From positions 2,016,001-2,080,000 of the forward strand of contig CAUVXB020000002.1 in NCBI GenBank assembly GCA_963555825.3: 64,000 bases of DNA, read 5' to 3'. Below, piece by piece: positions 34,186 through 44,767 of the stretch. Each line of letters starts with the position of its first letter. Position 1 is the stretch's first letter. A program made the position numbers and the translations under genes. The DNA is from Alphaproteobacteria bacterium. Its GTDB lineage: Bacteria; Pseudomonadota; Alphaproteobacteria; JAAXGF01. The notes below the pieces were generated by a model that saw only the letters and a list, made by a program, of their open reading frames with translations, searched no databases and had not been told where the DNA came from.

Positions 34186-35226
34186 CTATCCCAACAGGCG
34201 GCCGAGCACCTTGGCCGTATAATCCACCATCGGTACGATGCGTGCGTAATTCAGGTGCCGGGGACCGATCACCCCGATCGCGCCGACGAAGCGCGATTCG
34301 GTATCGGACACCGGCGCCAACACGGTCGAGCAGCCCGATAGGCCGAACAGCTCGCTCTCGGCGCCGATGAAGATCTTGACGCCCGCCGCGCCCTGGGCGA
34401 GCTCGAGCAGGCGCATCAGGTCGCGCTTGGTCTCCAACAACTCGAACAGGTTGCGGATCCGCTCGAGCTCGCTCAGCGCGGTGATGTCGTTCAAGAGGTT
34501 CGCCTGGCCACGTACGATCAGCGTGCCGGTTTCCTCGTCGCCAGCCCAGGTCGCGAGCCCCGCCTCGACGACGCTCGCGGTCAGCTCGTCGAGCTGGGCA
34601 GTGTGCGCGTCGAGCTCGCGTTGGGTCTCCTTGAGCGCTTCGTCGAGCGTGCGCCCGGTGAGCCGTGAATTCAGATAGTTGGTGGCGCGCGTCAGCGCCG
34701 ACGGCGTCATGCCCGCGGGCACATCGATGATCCGGTTCTCGACGTCGCCGTTCTCGGCGACCAGCACAAGAAGCGCGCGGCCCGGCGTCAGCGGGACGAA
34801 CTCGACATGCTTGAGCGGCACTTCCATCTTTGGCGCCAAGACGACGCCGGCGCAGCTCGAGAGACCCGACAGCAGGCCGGACGCCTCGGTCAGCACCTCT
34901 TCGTAGTTGCGCCCGGCGTTGGCGCACTGCCGGTCGATCGTCGCGCGCTCGTCGGGCGACAGATTGCCGACCTCCAGCAGGCCGTCGACGAACAGGCGCA
35001 GGCCGCTCTCGGTCGGCATGCGTCCGGCCGAGGTGTGCGGCGCGAACAAGAGCCCGGCGTCCTCGAGGTCGGCCATGACGTTGCGGATGGTCGCCGGCGA
35101 CAGCGTCGAGTTGAGCCGGCGCGACAGGGTGCGCGAGCCGACCGGCTCGCCGGTGTCGACATAGGCCTCGACGATGTGTCGGAATATTTCGCGCGAACGC
35201 TCGTTGAGTTCGTGTATCACGGCCAT
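34186..35226 (-). CDS. hrcA: Heat-inducible transcription repressor
   Basis: [37 protein letters not shown]. Confidence 0.96.
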   Translation of the reverse strand: MAVIHELNERSREIFRHIVEAYVDTGEPVGSRTLSRRLNSTLSPATIRNVMADLEDAGLLFAPHTSAGRMPTESGLRLFVDGLLEVGNLSPDERATIDRQCANAGRNYEEVLTEASGLLSGLSSCAGVVLAPKMEVPLKHVEFVPLTPGRALLVLVAENGDVENRIIDVPAGMTPSALTRATNYLNSRLTGRTLDEALKETQRELDAHTAQLDELTASVVEAGLATWAGDEETGTLIVRGQANLLNDITALSELERIRNLFELLETKRDLMRLLELAQGAAGVKIFIGAESELFGLSGCSTVLAPVSDTESRFVGAIGVIGPRHLNYARIVPMVDYTAKVLGRLLG

Positions 35227-35398
35227 TGGTCACATTGCTGGTCCCGCCGCATCCGCGCGCGGGCGCATGGAATGTAATCAGCCGACCCGCCGGCGTCAAC
35301 GGCAGCGCGCCGAGTGGTCTTTACGGCCCCGACGATGCGCGTTAGCCTGCGATTTTTCCGCCTCAGCGGCAGGAGCCGCGCCGGACACCATGGAAGCC

Positions 35399-36115
35399 AT
35401 GCGACCCTCGGGGCGCGCCCGCGACGAGATGCGCGCCGTCAGCCTGGAGCCCAACATCGCGAAATACGCCGAAGGCTCGTGCCTGGTGCGTTTCGGCGAC
35501 ACGCGGGTGTTGTGCACCGCCTCGGTCGAGGAGCGTGTGCCGCCTTTCCTGCGCAACTCCGGCGCCGGCTGGGTGACCGCCGAGTACGGCATGCTGCCGC
35601 GCTCGACCCACACGCGCACCGACCGCGAGGCCACCCGCGGCAAGCAATCGGGCCGCACGCTCGAGATCCAGCGCCTGATCGGCCGCAGCCTGCGCGCCGT
35701 GACCGATCTCGCGGCGATGGGCGAGCGCCAGATCAAAATCGACTGCGACGTGCTGCAGGCCGACGGCGGCACCCGCACGGCGGCGATCACCGGCGGCTGG
35801 GTCGCGCTGCGCCTCGCCTTCGACGGGCTGGTCGCCAAGGGACTGATCGATGCCGTGCCGCTGACCGACCAGGTCGCCGCGGTGTCCTGCGGCATCTACC
35901 GCGGGCATGCCGTCTGCGACCTCGACTACGACGAGGATTCGAACGCCGAGGCCGACGCCAACTTCGTGCTGACCACCGGCGGCGCGATCATCGAGGTCCA
36001 GTGCACTGCCGAGTCGGCGCCGTTTGCGCGCGCGCGCCTCGGCGAGCTGCACGACCTCGCGGAGCACGCCGTGGTCGAACTGGGCGCCCTGCAGCGCCAT
36101 GCCGTTGGCCTCTAG
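35399..36115 (+). CDS. rph: Ribonuclease PH
   Basis: [28 protein letters not shown]. Confidence 0.96.
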   Translation: MRPSGRARDEMRAVSLEPNIAKYAEGSCLVRFGDTRVLCTASVEERVPPFLRNSGAGWVTAEYGMLPRSTHTRTDREATRGKQSGRTLEIQRLIGRSLRAVTDLAAMGERQIKIDCDVLQADGGTRTAAITGGWVALRLAFDGLVAKGLIDAVPLTDQVAAVSCGIYRGHAVCDLDYDEDSNAEADANFVLTTGGAIIEVQCTAESAPFARARLGELHDLAEHAVVELGALQRHAVGL

Positions 36116-36731
36116 TCCTTCGAGTACCGATCCGCGCCGCTTCGCCGCCGACAAGCTGGTCATCGCGACGCACAACCCGGGCAAGCTCGAGGAGATCGCC
36201 GCGCTTTTGGCGCCGTTCGGCGTCGCCGTCGTCGGCGCCACGGAACTCGGCCTCGACGAACCGGAAGAGACCGGCCTGAGCTTCACCGAGAACGCCGAGA
36301 TCAAGGCGCGCGCGGCCGCCGTAGCGACTGGTCTGCCGGCGCTGGCCGACGATTCGGGCCTCGCTGTCGCGGCGCTCGGCGGTGCGCCGGGCATCTTTTC
36401 GGCGCGCTGGGCCGGCCCGGCGGGCGATTTCGGCGCCGCCATGGCGCGCGTCGAGGCCGAACTCGGCGACGCGCCTGACCGACACGCATATTTTGTTGCC
36501 GCATTGGCGCTCGCCTGGCCCGATCGCCATTGCGAGACCTTCGAGGGCCGCGTCGACGGCACGCTGGTCACGCCGCCGCGTGGCACGCGCGGCTTCGGCT
36601 ACGACCCAATGTTCCTGCCCGACGATCGCGCCGAGACCTTCGGCGAGATGGCGCCTGCGGAGAAGCACCGCATCAGCCACCGCGCCGACGCCTTCCGCAA
36701 GCTCATCGCGGCGTGCTTCGAGGACGGATGA
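36099..36731 (+). CDS. rdgB: Non-canonical purine NTP pyrophosphatase
   Basis: [25 protein letters not shown]. Confidence 0.95.
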   Translation: MPLASSPSSTDPRRFAADKLVIATHNPGKLEEIAALLAPFGVAVVGATELGLDEPEETGLSFTENAEIKARAAAVATGLPALADDSGLAVAALGGAPGIFSARWAGPAGDFGAAMARVEAELGDAPDRHAYFVAALALAWPDRHCETFEGRVDGTLVTPPRGTRGFGYDPMFLPDDRAETFGEMAPAEKHRISHRADAFRKLIAACFEDG

Positions 36732-36739
36732 GGATAAAA

Positions 36740-37282
36740 ATGAGCTACCCCGAACGTCTCGCTGGAAAGATCAAGAGGCAACTTGAAGAAGCGGCTGCGC
36801 AGTCGTCCGAGGCTGATTGGACGACCAGCTTTTTGCTGAAGCACTTGTGTAAGTTAGGACATTGCGAGGGCTTGCTCGTCTATGCCAGCAATTGTGAAGG
36901 AGCTGATGGCGGAGAGTGGCTCTACGATATGTGCTGGCTCGACTACGGTGAAATGTATGAGGACGGCTCGAATCGGAAATTCTTCGACACCGTCCTGGTC
37001 GTCGAGTCCGAATGGAGCACGAAGGATGGCGATCTTGAGGACGATTTCGAGAAGCTCGTCCAAGCACGTTCCGGGTTGCGCGTCATGGTTTTCCAAGCCC
37101 AGACAAAGTCCAAAGCTATCGACACAATTCAGAGGCTCTTTGTCCGGGATATCAAGGCGTATCGACGGGGCCAGCCCGACGACACCCACCTCTTCTGCGC
37201 ATATTTGGCTCCGAACGATAAGGTTTTCCGACATTGGATCGTGCGAAACACGTACCCGTGGGAGGTAATCGAGCTGTATTGA
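36740..37282 (+). CDS. Lower-GC hypothetical protein, possible PD-(D/E)xK-like fold
   Basis: GAGGA RBS; EWLYDMCW..LVVESEW..DDFEKL; inserted between rdgB and hemW. Confidence 0.65.
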   Translation: MSYPERLAGKIKRQLEEAAAQSSEADWTTSFLLKHLCKLGHCEGLLVYASNCEGADGGEWLYDMCWLDYGEMYEDGSNRKFFDTVLVVESEWSTKDGDLEDDFEKLVQARSGLRVMVFQAQTKSKAIDTIQRLFVRDIKAYRRGQPDDTHLFCAYLAPNDKVFRHWIVRNTYPWEVIELY

Positions 37283-37287
37283 TAGCG

Positions 37288-38475
37288 ATGACCGCACAAA
37301 CCCGTCCGCAGTCACAGGTAACTGACGACACCGGCTTCGGGGTTTACGTCCATTGGCCGTTTTGTCTGCAGATGTGTCCGTATTGCGACTTCAACAGCCA
37401 TGTCCGCGAGGGCGTCGACGAAGCGCGCTGGCGCGGAGCGCTCTTGGCGGAGATCGACCACGCGGCCGGCGAGACCGGCGGGCGGGTCGTTACCAGCGTC
37501 TTCTTCGGCGGCGGCACGCCCTCGCTGATGGGCCCGGCGACCGTGGCCGCGCTGATCGAGCGCATCGCCGAACGTTGGACGCTCGACCCGGGCGTCGAGA
37601 TCACGCTCGAGGCCAACCCGACCTCGGTCGAGGCCGGGCGCTTCGCCGGCTACCGGTCGGCCGGCGTCAATCGCGTTTCGCTCGGCGTCCAGTCGCTCGA
37701 CGACGTGGCGCTACGCTTCCTCGGCCGCGGCCACAGCGCGGACGAGGCCCGCGCGGCCGTCGCGACGGCGCACGCCCATTTCGACCGCGTCTCGTTCGAC
37801 CTGATCTATGCGCGGCCCGAGCAAACCGTCGCCGCCTGGCGCGCCGAACTGGCCGAGGCGCTCGGCCTCGCGGGCGAGCATCTGTCGCTCTACCAGCTGA
37901 CCATCGAGCCGGGCACGCGGTTCCACAATCTGGCGGGGCGCGGCCTGCTCGCGGTACCCGACGGGGACGCCGCGGCGGCGCTCTACGACGCGACGCAAGA
38001 CGCGATGGACGCGGCCGGGCTGCCGGCCTACGAGATCTCGAACCACGCGCGGCCGGGCGCCGCGTCGCGCCACAACCTGACCTATTGGCGGGCTGGCGAC
38101 TACGTCGGCATCGGGCCAGGCGCTCATGGCCGCGTCACCGACCGGTCGGCGACCCATGCGGTACGCCGCATCCGTTCGCCCGAGCGCTGGCTCGCCGCGG
38201 TCGAGCGCGACGGGGTCGGCACCGATGAATGCGTCGTGGTCGCGCCCGATGATCGGGTCGCCGAAGTGCTGATGATGGGCCTCCGCCTCACCGAGGGCGT
38301 GCCGGCGGACCGCTTCCGGGCGCGCACCGGGCGCGGCCTCGGCGAGGCGCTCGCACCGGCACGGCTGGCGCCGCTGGTCGAGGGCGGCCTAATCGAGAGT
38401 GACGCCGACGGCCTGCGCGCCAGCGCCGCCGGCCGGCGCGTGCTCAACGCCGTGCTCGGCGCCCTGCTCGCATGA
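37288..38475 (+). CDS. hemW: Radical SAM heme chaperone HemW
   Basis: [36 protein letters not shown]. Confidence 0.93.
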   Translation: MTAQTRPQSQVTDDTGFGVYVHWPFCLQMCPYCDFNSHVREGVDEARWRGALLAEIDHAAGETGGRVVTSVFFGGGTPSLMGPATVAALIERIAERWTLDPGVEITLEANPTSVEAGRFAGYRSAGVNRVSLGVQSLDDVALRFLGRGHSADEARAAVATAHAHFDRVSFDLIYARPEQTVAAWRAELAEALGLAGEHLSLYQLTIEPGTRFHNLAGRGLLAVPDGDAAAALYDATQDAMDAAGLPAYEISNHARPGAASRHNLTYWRAGDYVGIGPGAHGRVTDRSATHAVRRIRSPERWLAAVERDGVGTDECVVVAPDDRVAEVLMMGLRLTEGVPADRFRARTGRGLGEALAPARLAPLVEGGLIESDADGLRASAAGRRVLNAVLGALLA

Positions 38476-38531
38476 CCCCGAATAAATTATAATGCGGTCA
38501 GATTCCTTTATTTGACCTTTAAACATCTGTT

Positions 38532-38547
38532 TTAAAAAGTAATTAAC
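38532..38547. promoter_or_regulatory. CtrA-type box TTAA-N7-TTAAC in AT-rich intergenic region
   Basis: TTAA-AAAGTAA-TTAAC. Confidence 0.4.
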
Positions 38548-38599
38548 GGAGTCTGGCCTCATTATGAAGAATGTTTGATGATGAAGGATTTTGCCGCGC

Positions 38600-39988
38600 C
38601 TAGAAGCCGGCGAAGCTGTCGGGCGCGGCGCTCACCGTCACGACGCCGTCGGCGCGCACCTCGAGTACCGCGAGGCCGCGCTGGTTGGTCCCATCGGCGG
38701 TGAAACGGAACAGCCCGTCGACGCCCCGGAAGCCGCCTGCGTTGGTCAGCACGGCCGCGCCAAAATCGGCGCCGCCGGGTTGACGGACCAACGTTCCGAC
38801 CAGCGCCACCGCGTCGTAGGCGAGCGTCGCGAGACGCGGCGGCGCCCGCCCGAACGCATCGGCGAAGCGTTGCTCGAAGCGGGCCCGGGCGGCGGGCGGC
38901 GGCGCGGCGTACCAGCCGCCATAGAGCGCCGACTCGGCGCCGATCGCCGCGGTCTCCCACTGCGCGGTGCCGAGGAAGCGCACCGCCGCTGGGTCGACGT
39001 CGTAGTAGGGCAGCATCGGCGCAACGGTCAGCAGGCGGCTGCCGCCCTCGGGCACCAGCACCGCGTCGAAATCGACCTCGCCCAGCGTATCGAGCGGCTC
39101 GAGCCGGGCCAGCGCGGCGCGCGACACCTCGTCGTCGCGCGCCGCGAGCTGCCGGCGCTGTTCGAGCAAGGCGCCGTGGCGCCGATCATAATCGGCGAAG
39201 GCGCGCACGATATTGAACAGGTCCGAGGCGGCCGTGACGTCGGCCGGATAGAACACCGGGCTGACGACCCGCACGCCGTTCGCCTGGGCCGCCCGGCGCA
39301 GCGCGCCGACCACCGTCTGGCCGTATTTCGACGACGGCGCGAGCGCCGAGAAGCGCGTGAAGCCCTGGCTCACGGCATAGCCGACGACGCGCGCGATCTG
39401 CTGCTCGGGCAGCAGCCCCATGATGAAGACGCCCGGCCCGGCGACGCTGCGGTCCGACGAGAAGCCGACGACGTTGACGCCGGCGCTGCGCGCCAGCGGT
39501 GCGACCGAGGCGACCGAACCGGCGAACAGCGGGCCGATAATCAGCGTCGCGCCCTCGGCGATCGCCGTCGCGGCGGCGCGCGCGGCACCCTCGGGCGTGC
39601 CGTTGGTGTCCTTCGGCATCAGCACGAGATCATCGGCACGGACGTCGAACAGCGCCATCTGGGCGGCATCGAGCAGGGCCTGGCCGAGCTCGGCCGAACG
39701 CCCGGTGAGCGGCAGCAGCAGCGCGACCCGGGCGACGCCCGGCATCGGCGGCGGGCCCGCCGGCGCCGGCGGCGGCACGGGCTCGGGCGGCGGCGCGAGG
39801 ACGACCGGCGCGGGCGCGGGCGGCGGCGCGGCGACCTGCGGCACCGGCTGGCTCTCTTGAACCGGGGCCTTGCGAGCCGTTACTGTCTGATGCTGGCAGG
39901 CCGCCAGCACCATTGCGAGGGCGAGCGCCCATGACGCGACGCAGGATCGCCGGCAGAGGTCAGCGCGAAGAGACGGGCGAAGAGGCAC
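38600..39988 (-). CDS. Penicillin-binding protein activator (LpoA/LppC-like) lipoprotein
   Basis: Lipobox LAAC, Pro-rich linker, VALLLPLTG, IIGPLF, LAYDA, GVDGLFRF; next to rsmI-yraN. Confidence 0.85.
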   Translation of the reverse strand: MPLRPSLRADLCRRSCVASWALALAMVLAACQHQTVTARKAPVQESQPVPQVAAPPPAPAPVVLAPPPEPVPPPAPAGPPPMPGVARVALLLPLTGRSAELGQALLDAAQMALFDVRADDLVLMPKDTNGTPEGAARAAATAIAEGATLIIGPLFAGSVASVAPLARSAGVNVVGFSSDRSVAGPGVFIMGLLPEQQIARVVGYAVSQGFTRFSALAPSSKYGQTVVGALRRAAQANGVRVVSPVFYPADVTAASDLFNIVRAFADYDRRHGALLEQRRQLAARDDEVSRAALARLEPLDTLGEVDFDAVLVPEGGSRLLTVAPMLPYYDVDPAAVRFLGTAQWETAAIGAESALYGGWYAAPPPAARARFEQRFADAFGRAPPRLATLAYDAVALVGTLVRQPGGADFGAAVLTNAGGFRGVDGLFRFTADGTNQRGLAVLEVRADGVVTVSAAPDSFAGF

Positions 39989-40887
39989 GAGCTCGCTTCA
40001 TCGAAGTTGGCGACAAGCCCGGTCAGGGTAGCGCCGCGGCCGGGCGAAGTAAACGGCTGGCGCCCGGTCTTTACATCGTCTCGACGCCGATCGGCAACGC
40101 GCGCGACATCACGCTGCGCGCGCTCGACGTGCTCGGCCAGGCCGACCTGGTCGCCTGCGAAGACACCCGCGTCACGACCAAGCTGCTGGCGATTCACGGG
40201 CTCGGCGCGCCGCTCACCGCCTATCACGATCACAACGCCCGGAAGGTGCGGCCCGGCCTCCTGAAGCGGCTCGCCGACGGCGCCGCGATCGCGCTGGTCA
40301 GCGACGCCGGCACGCCGCTGGTCTCCGATCCGGGCTTCAAGCTGGTCGCCGAGGCGGCCGCCGCCGGCATCGCGGTCTTCGCCGTGCCAGGCGCGGCGGC
40401 GCCGATCGCCGCCTTGACCGTCGCCGGGCTGCCGACCGACCGCGCCTTGTTCGCCGGCTTCCTGCCGCCACGCAGGCCGGCGCGGCTCACGGCGCTCGCC
40501 GAACTCGCCGCGGCGCCGGCGACGCTGGTCTTCTTCGAAGTGCCGCGCCGTCTCGCCGCCGCGCTCGACGACATGACGCAAGCGCTCGGCGATCGGCCGG
40601 CCGCGGTGGCGCGCGAGCTGACCAAACTCTTCGAGGAGACCCGCCGCGGCACGCTCGCCGGGCTCGCCGCGCACTACCACGCCGAAGGCCCACCCAAGGG
40701 CGAGGTCGTCGTCGTGATCGGTCCGCCCGAGAAGCGCGCCGTCACGCCCGAGGCGATCGATGCGCTGCTCACCGACGCGCTCGCCAGCGGCTCGGTGCGC
40801 GACGCGGCGGCTGCGGTGGCGGCGGCGACCGGCGCGCCGCGCCGCGCGGTTTACGCCCGCGCCCTCGAACTCGCGCGCGACCGGTGA
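39931..40887 (+). CDS. rsmI: 16S rRNA C1402 2'-O-methyltransferase (start uncertain)
   Basis: LYIVSTPIGN, ACEDTR, LVSDAGTP, ARELTKLFEE. Confidence 0.94.
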   Translation: MTRRRIAGRGQREETGEEARARFIEVGDKPGQGSAAAGRSKRLAPGLYIVSTPIGNARDITLRALDVLGQADLVACEDTRVTTKLLAIHGLGAPLTAYHDHNARKVRPGLLKRLADGAAIALVSDAGTPLVSDPGFKLVAEAAAAGIAVFAVPGAAAPIAALTVAGLPTDRALFAGFLPPRRPARLTALAELAAAPATLVFFEVPRRLAAALDDMTQALGDRPAAVARELTKLFEETRRGTLAGLAAHYHAEGPPKGEVVVVIGPPEKRAVTPEAIDALLTDALASGSVRDAAAAVAAATGAPRRAVYARALELARDR

Positions 40888-41243
40888 GTCAGGCGCCGCG
40901 CCGCCGCGCCTACCGCTTCGGCCATCTCGCCGAGACGCTCTGCGTCTGGTCGCTGCGGCTGCGCGGCTACCGGGTGCTGGCGCGGCGTTTCGACGCGCGC
41001 GTCGGCGAGCTCGACATCATCGCCCGGCGCGCCGGCGTGTTGGCGTTCATCGAGGTCAAGGCGCGGCGCGCCGGCGATGACGGCGACATGCTCACGACAC
41101 ATCAGTGTTCGCGCATCGAACGCGCGGCCGAGGCCTACGTCGCCCGGCACCGCCAGCTCGCCGGGCTCGACATGCGCTTCGACCTGATGGTCGTGCGGCC
41201 CTGGCGGTCGCCGCGCCACTTGGCCGACTACTGGCGGCCTTAG
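40884..41243 (+). CDS. yraN: YraN family protein
   Basis: GELDIIA, FIEVKAR, RFD. Confidence 0.9.
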   Translation: MSQAPRRRAYRFGHLAETLCVWSLRLRGYRVLARRFDARVGELDIIARRAGVLAFIEVKARRAGDDGDMLTTHQCSRIERAAEAYVARHRQLAGLDMRFDLMVVRPWRSPRHLADYWRP

Positions 41244-41338
41244 TTGTTTCCGGTCACCTTCACTTCGTGAAGCTGACCTGCGCTCAGTCGCCGCGCATGC
41301 TTCCGCCGAACGGTCGACGGCCCGCAGTCGCGGGCTGG
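41244..41338 (+). repeat. Family A repeat, copy 3 (lacks the 14-bp loop module)
   Basis: GGTCACCTTCACTTCGTGAAGCTGACC-TGCGCTCAGTCGCCGCGCATGC..GCCGAACGGTCGACGGCCCGCAGTCGCGGGCTGG. Confidence 0.88.
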
Positions 41339-41474
41339 TGGCATCCAGCCGATGACAGTTGGCTGGATAGCGCGTTGATCGCGCGCGCGTACCGGTCGCA
41401 TCACGGGGCCAGTCGTGGTATGATGGCGCAGTCCACAACCCCAGTACCCCTATGCAGTTTCGGAGAGTATTCCC

Positions 41475-42065
41475 ATGACGCCCCGCCCCGTCATCTCATT
41501 CATGATTCCGCTCGCCCTGCTGATCGTCCTCGCTGCGCCCGGTTGCACCACTGTGGCGGTCGGCGCCGCGGGCACCACCGCCGTCGCCGCCGCGCAGGAG
41601 CGCACGATCGGCGATGCGATCGACGATTCGCTTATCTACACGGAGGTCAACCACCATCTGTTGCAGGCCGACATCGACCTGTTCAAGGACGTCGGCGTCA
41701 AGGTCGTCGAGGGCCGCGTGCTCTTGACTGGCAGCGTGCCGACGCCCCAGGACCGCATCGAGGCGGTGCGCCTCGCCTGGCAGGCCGAAGGCATCAAGGA
41801 GGTCCTGAACGAGGTCCAGGTGACCGACGCAACGGGCATCGTCGATTATGCCACCGACAGTTGGATCAGCGTCCAGATCAAGACCAAGCTGTTGTTCGAC
41901 CGCGACATCCGCGCCATCAACTACTCGGTCGAGACGGTCAACGGCGCGGTCTACATGATCGGCATCGCGCGTGACGCGGCCGAGCTGAAGCGCGCCACCA
42001 ACCACGCGCGCACCATCAAGGGCGTGCGCAAGGTGATCAGCCACGTGCGCATCCAGACGAGTTGA
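41475..42065 (+). CDS. Dual BON-domain lipoprotein (YraP/DolP-like)
   Basis: Lipobox-like APGC; two BON repeats (GRVLLTG, GAVYMIG). Confidence 0.88.
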   Translation: MTPRPVISFMIPLALLIVLAAPGCTTVAVGAAGTTAVAAAQERTIGDAIDDSLIYTEVNHHLLQADIDLFKDVGVKVVEGRVLLTGSVPTPQDRIEAVRLAWQAEGIKEVLNEVQVTDATGIVDYATDSWISVQIKTKLLFDRDIRAINYSVETVNGAVYMIGIARDAAELKRATNHARTIKGVRKVISHVRIQTS

Positions 42066-42099
42066 GCCAGCCGACGCCAACAGCGCGCGGCAGCCGGCC

Positions 42100-43047
42100 A
42101 TGAGCCTCGCCGTCGCCTTCCAGATGGACCCGATCGAGGGCGTCGACATCGACGCCGATTCGAGCTTCGTCTTGGGCCTCGAGGCGCAGGCGCGGGGCCA
42201 CCGCCTCTTCCACTACCTGCCGCGTGACCTGGCGATGATCGACCGCCGGGTCGTCGCCCGCGTCCGGCCGATGGAATTGCGCCGCGAGAAGGGCAATCAC
42301 GCGACGCTCGGCGCGCCGGAAATGAGCGATCTGGCGCTGATGGACGTCGTCATGCTGCGCCAGGATCCGCCGTTCGATATGTCCTACATCACGACGACGC
42401 ATCTCCTCGAACACATCCACCCGGCGACGCTGGTGGTCAACGACCCGATGCAGGTGCGCAACGCGCCCGAAAAGCTGTTCGCCAACCACTTCGAAGGGCT
42501 GTTGCCGCCGACACTGATCACCGCCGACCCCGAGCTGGTGCGCGAGTTCCGCGCCGAGCATTTGGACATCATCTTGAAACCGCTCTATGGCAACGGCGGC
42601 GCCGGCGTCTTCCACGTCATGCCCGACGACGAAAACCTCAACGCGCTGCTGGAGATGTTCACACTGATGTTCCGCGAGCCGATCATCGTACAGCGCTACC
42701 AGCCCGAGGTGCGTCAGGGCGACAAGCGCATCATCCTGATCGACGGCGAGCCGGCCGGCGCGATCAACCGCGTGCCGCCGCCGGGCGAGGCGCGCGCCAA
42801 CATGCACGTCGGCGCGGTGCCGTTGAAATCCGACATCGACGGCCGCGAGCGCGAGATCTGCGCCGCGATCGGCCCGACGCTCAAGGAACGCGGCCTGATC
42901 TTCGTCGGCATCGACGTGATCGGCGGCTATCTGACCGAGATCAACGTCACCTCGCCGACCGGCCTGCAGGAGATCGACCGCTTCGACGACGTCAACCTCG
43001 AAGGCCGCATCTGGGACGCCATCGAGGGACGGATAGAGCGGCGATAG
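42100..43047 (+). CDS. gshB: Glutathione synthase
   Basis: [26 protein letters not shown]. Confidence 0.96.
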   Translation: MSLAVAFQMDPIEGVDIDADSSFVLGLEAQARGHRLFHYLPRDLAMIDRRVVARVRPMELRREKGNHATLGAPEMSDLALMDVVMLRQDPPFDMSYITTTHLLEHIHPATLVVNDPMQVRNAPEKLFANHFEGLLPPTLITADPELVREFRAEHLDIILKPLYGNGGAGVFHVMPDDENLNALLEMFTLMFREPIIVQRYQPEVRQGDKRIILIDGEPAGAINRVPPPGEARANMHVGAVPLKSDIDGREREICAAIGPTLKERGLIFVGIDVIGGYLTEINVTSPTGLQEIDRFDDVNLEGRIWDAIEGRIERR

Positions 43048-43054
43048 AGAATAA

Positions 43055-43173
43055 TTGTTACGGTCATCTTTGCTCTGCAAAGATGACCTGCGCTCAATCG
43101 CCGCGCATGCCAATCTATATCCCACAAGGACTGGCCGAACGGTCGGCGGCCCGCGGTCGCAGGCTGGTAGATT
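43055..43173 (+). repeat. Family A repeat, copy 4
   Basis: GGTCATCTTTGC-TCT-GCAAAGATGACC followed by the conserved core. Confidence 0.9.
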
Positions 43174-43196
43174 TCGACGGACGGCTCGGCCGGGGC

Positions 43197-44516
43197 CTAC
43201 GCCTCGTGCCTTGCCCGCAGCAGTTCCCAGGCGAAGCGGGCGCGGACGCCGAGGTCGAGGAAGGGCCTGGGCGGCAGCTTGTCGGGCGTGCCCAGGCTCG
43301 CCATGTCGGCGATAAGATGGTTGTCCTCGCCGCACGCCATGTCGGCGGCGAGGACGCCGGCGATGGTGCCCTTGGTGACGCCGACCGCGTTCTGGCAGAC
43401 CGCCGCATAGACGTTGGGCGCGACCCGGCCGAAGCCCGGCGCGCCGTTGCGCGCGAGGCAGAGGTAGCCGGTCCAGGTGTGCTCCATCTCGACCGCCGAC
43501 AGCATCGGAAAGCGCTTGTCGAAATGCCGCTTGTGGTCGCGCTGGATCTGGCGGCGGCGCGCGTCGGACTGGCGCATGCCGGGGCAGAAGTGGATGTTCT
43601 GGCGGATCAGCAGGCGGTGGTCGCGGGTCAGGCGCATGGTGACGCCGGCGAAGGCGTTGGCCGGCGTCAGGCCCCAGTCGTCGGCGCCGCCGAGCGCCGC
43701 GCGCTCGACCGCGCTCAGCCGCCGGCTCAGGCTGGCATGCGCGGCGAAGGCCAGCAGGCGCCCCCGGTAGAAGCCGAAGCGCTCGGCGAAGCCGTTGACG
43801 GCGATGATCATCTTGGGCGCGAAGACCCGCCCCGCTGGCGTCGTCAGCGTCACGCCGTTGCGGTAGTCGACCTCGGTGACCGGTGAGTGCTCATAGAGCG
43901 TAACGGCGGCCGGCAGGCTGTCGCCGAGGCCGCGGGTCAGCGCCGCCGGGTTCATCAGCGCGCCGCCCGGCGTGTAGATCGCGCGCGTGAAAAAGGGCGT
44001 GCCGATTTCGCCAGCGAGATCGTCTTTCTCGACCCAGCGGTAGGGTTCGCCGAGCGCCTCGAGCTCCCGGGCGAAGGGCTCGAGCACTTGCGCGACACCC
44101 TTGTCCGAGACCGCCGCGTGGTACTTGCCGCGCCGGCTCCAGTCGCAGGCGATGGCGTGGTCGGCGATCTGTTTCTCGAGGTAGGCGATGGCGGCGCGCG
44201 CCAGCCCCATGAAACGCCGCGAGCCGTCGAGTTCCTCCATCGAGCCGCCGATGTTGTGCGGCAGGTCGATGGCGAAGCCCGAGTTGCGGCCCGACGCGCC
44301 CTCGCCGACCTCTTGTGCCTCGATCAGCGCAATCCTGTCGTTCGGCCGGTTTTCGGCCAGCCGCCGCGCCGCGGCGAGGCCCGCGAAACCGGCGCCGACG
44401 ACCACCCAATCGGCGCGCACCTCGCCGGCGAGGCTCGGCTTGGGCGTGCGTTGGGGCAGGATGCGGCTCCAGCCATTGGCGCTGTCGTCGCTGGGCAGCA
44501 GATCGATCTTCGGCAT
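43197..44516 (-). CDS. FAD-dependent oxidoreductase (DAO/PuuB-like)
   Basis: VVGAGFAG, GASGRNSGF, NPAALTRGL. Confidence 0.9.
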   Translation of the reverse strand: MPKIDLLPSDDSANGWSRILPQRTPKPSLAGEVRADWVVVGAGFAGLAAARRLAENRPNDRIALIEAQEVGEGASGRNSGFAIDLPHNIGGSMEELDGSRRFMGLARAAIAYLEKQIADHAIACDWSRRGKYHAAVSDKGVAQVLEPFARELEALGEPYRWVEKDDLAGEIGTPFFTRAIYTPGGALMNPAALTRGLGDSLPAAVTLYEHSPVTEVDYRNGVTLTTPAGRVFAPKMIIAVNGFAERFGFYRGRLLAFAAHASLSRRLSAVERAALGGADDWGLTPANAFAGVTMRLTRDHRLLIRQNIHFCPGMRQSDARRRQIQRDHKRHFDKRFPMLSAVEMEHTWTGYLCLARNGAPGFGRVAPNVYAAVCQNAVGVTKGTIAGVLAADMACGEDNHLIADMASLGTPDKLPPRPFLDLGVRARFAWELLRARHEA

Positions 44517-44647
44517 GTCCCGGCCCTTGCGCTTCCAAGCCGCGCATCATAGGGCAGCCGCGGGTTCAGCGTATAGCGCCGCCGCCTTGGAGCGCCGAAG
44601 GTCGGGGCCGTGTGCGCCTGACGTCGTGCCTTGACGCGCGCCGCAAC

Positions 44648-44723
44648 CGTCCGCTTTCCGAGCAACAGCGGACGCCATCGCCTGTCATGTCGGAGGCCCG
44701 GAAAATGACCCGAACCCGCCATT
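44648..44723. repeat. Two family-P palindromes at left border of island
   Basis: CGTCCGCTTTCCGAGCAACAGCGGACG (44648-44674); minus-strand AATGGCGGGTTCGGGTCATTTTCCGGGCCT (44694-44723). Confidence 0.72.
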
Positions 44724-44767
44724 CCGGCCCGCCCGCCTGGCGCAGGCCGTCTACGGCGAGGCAACGA

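Noticed and set aside
33235-35400. CIRCE element near hrcA/grpE/dnaK
   Set aside because: TTAGCACTC-N9-GAGTGCTAA not seen; only RpoH-like promoters.
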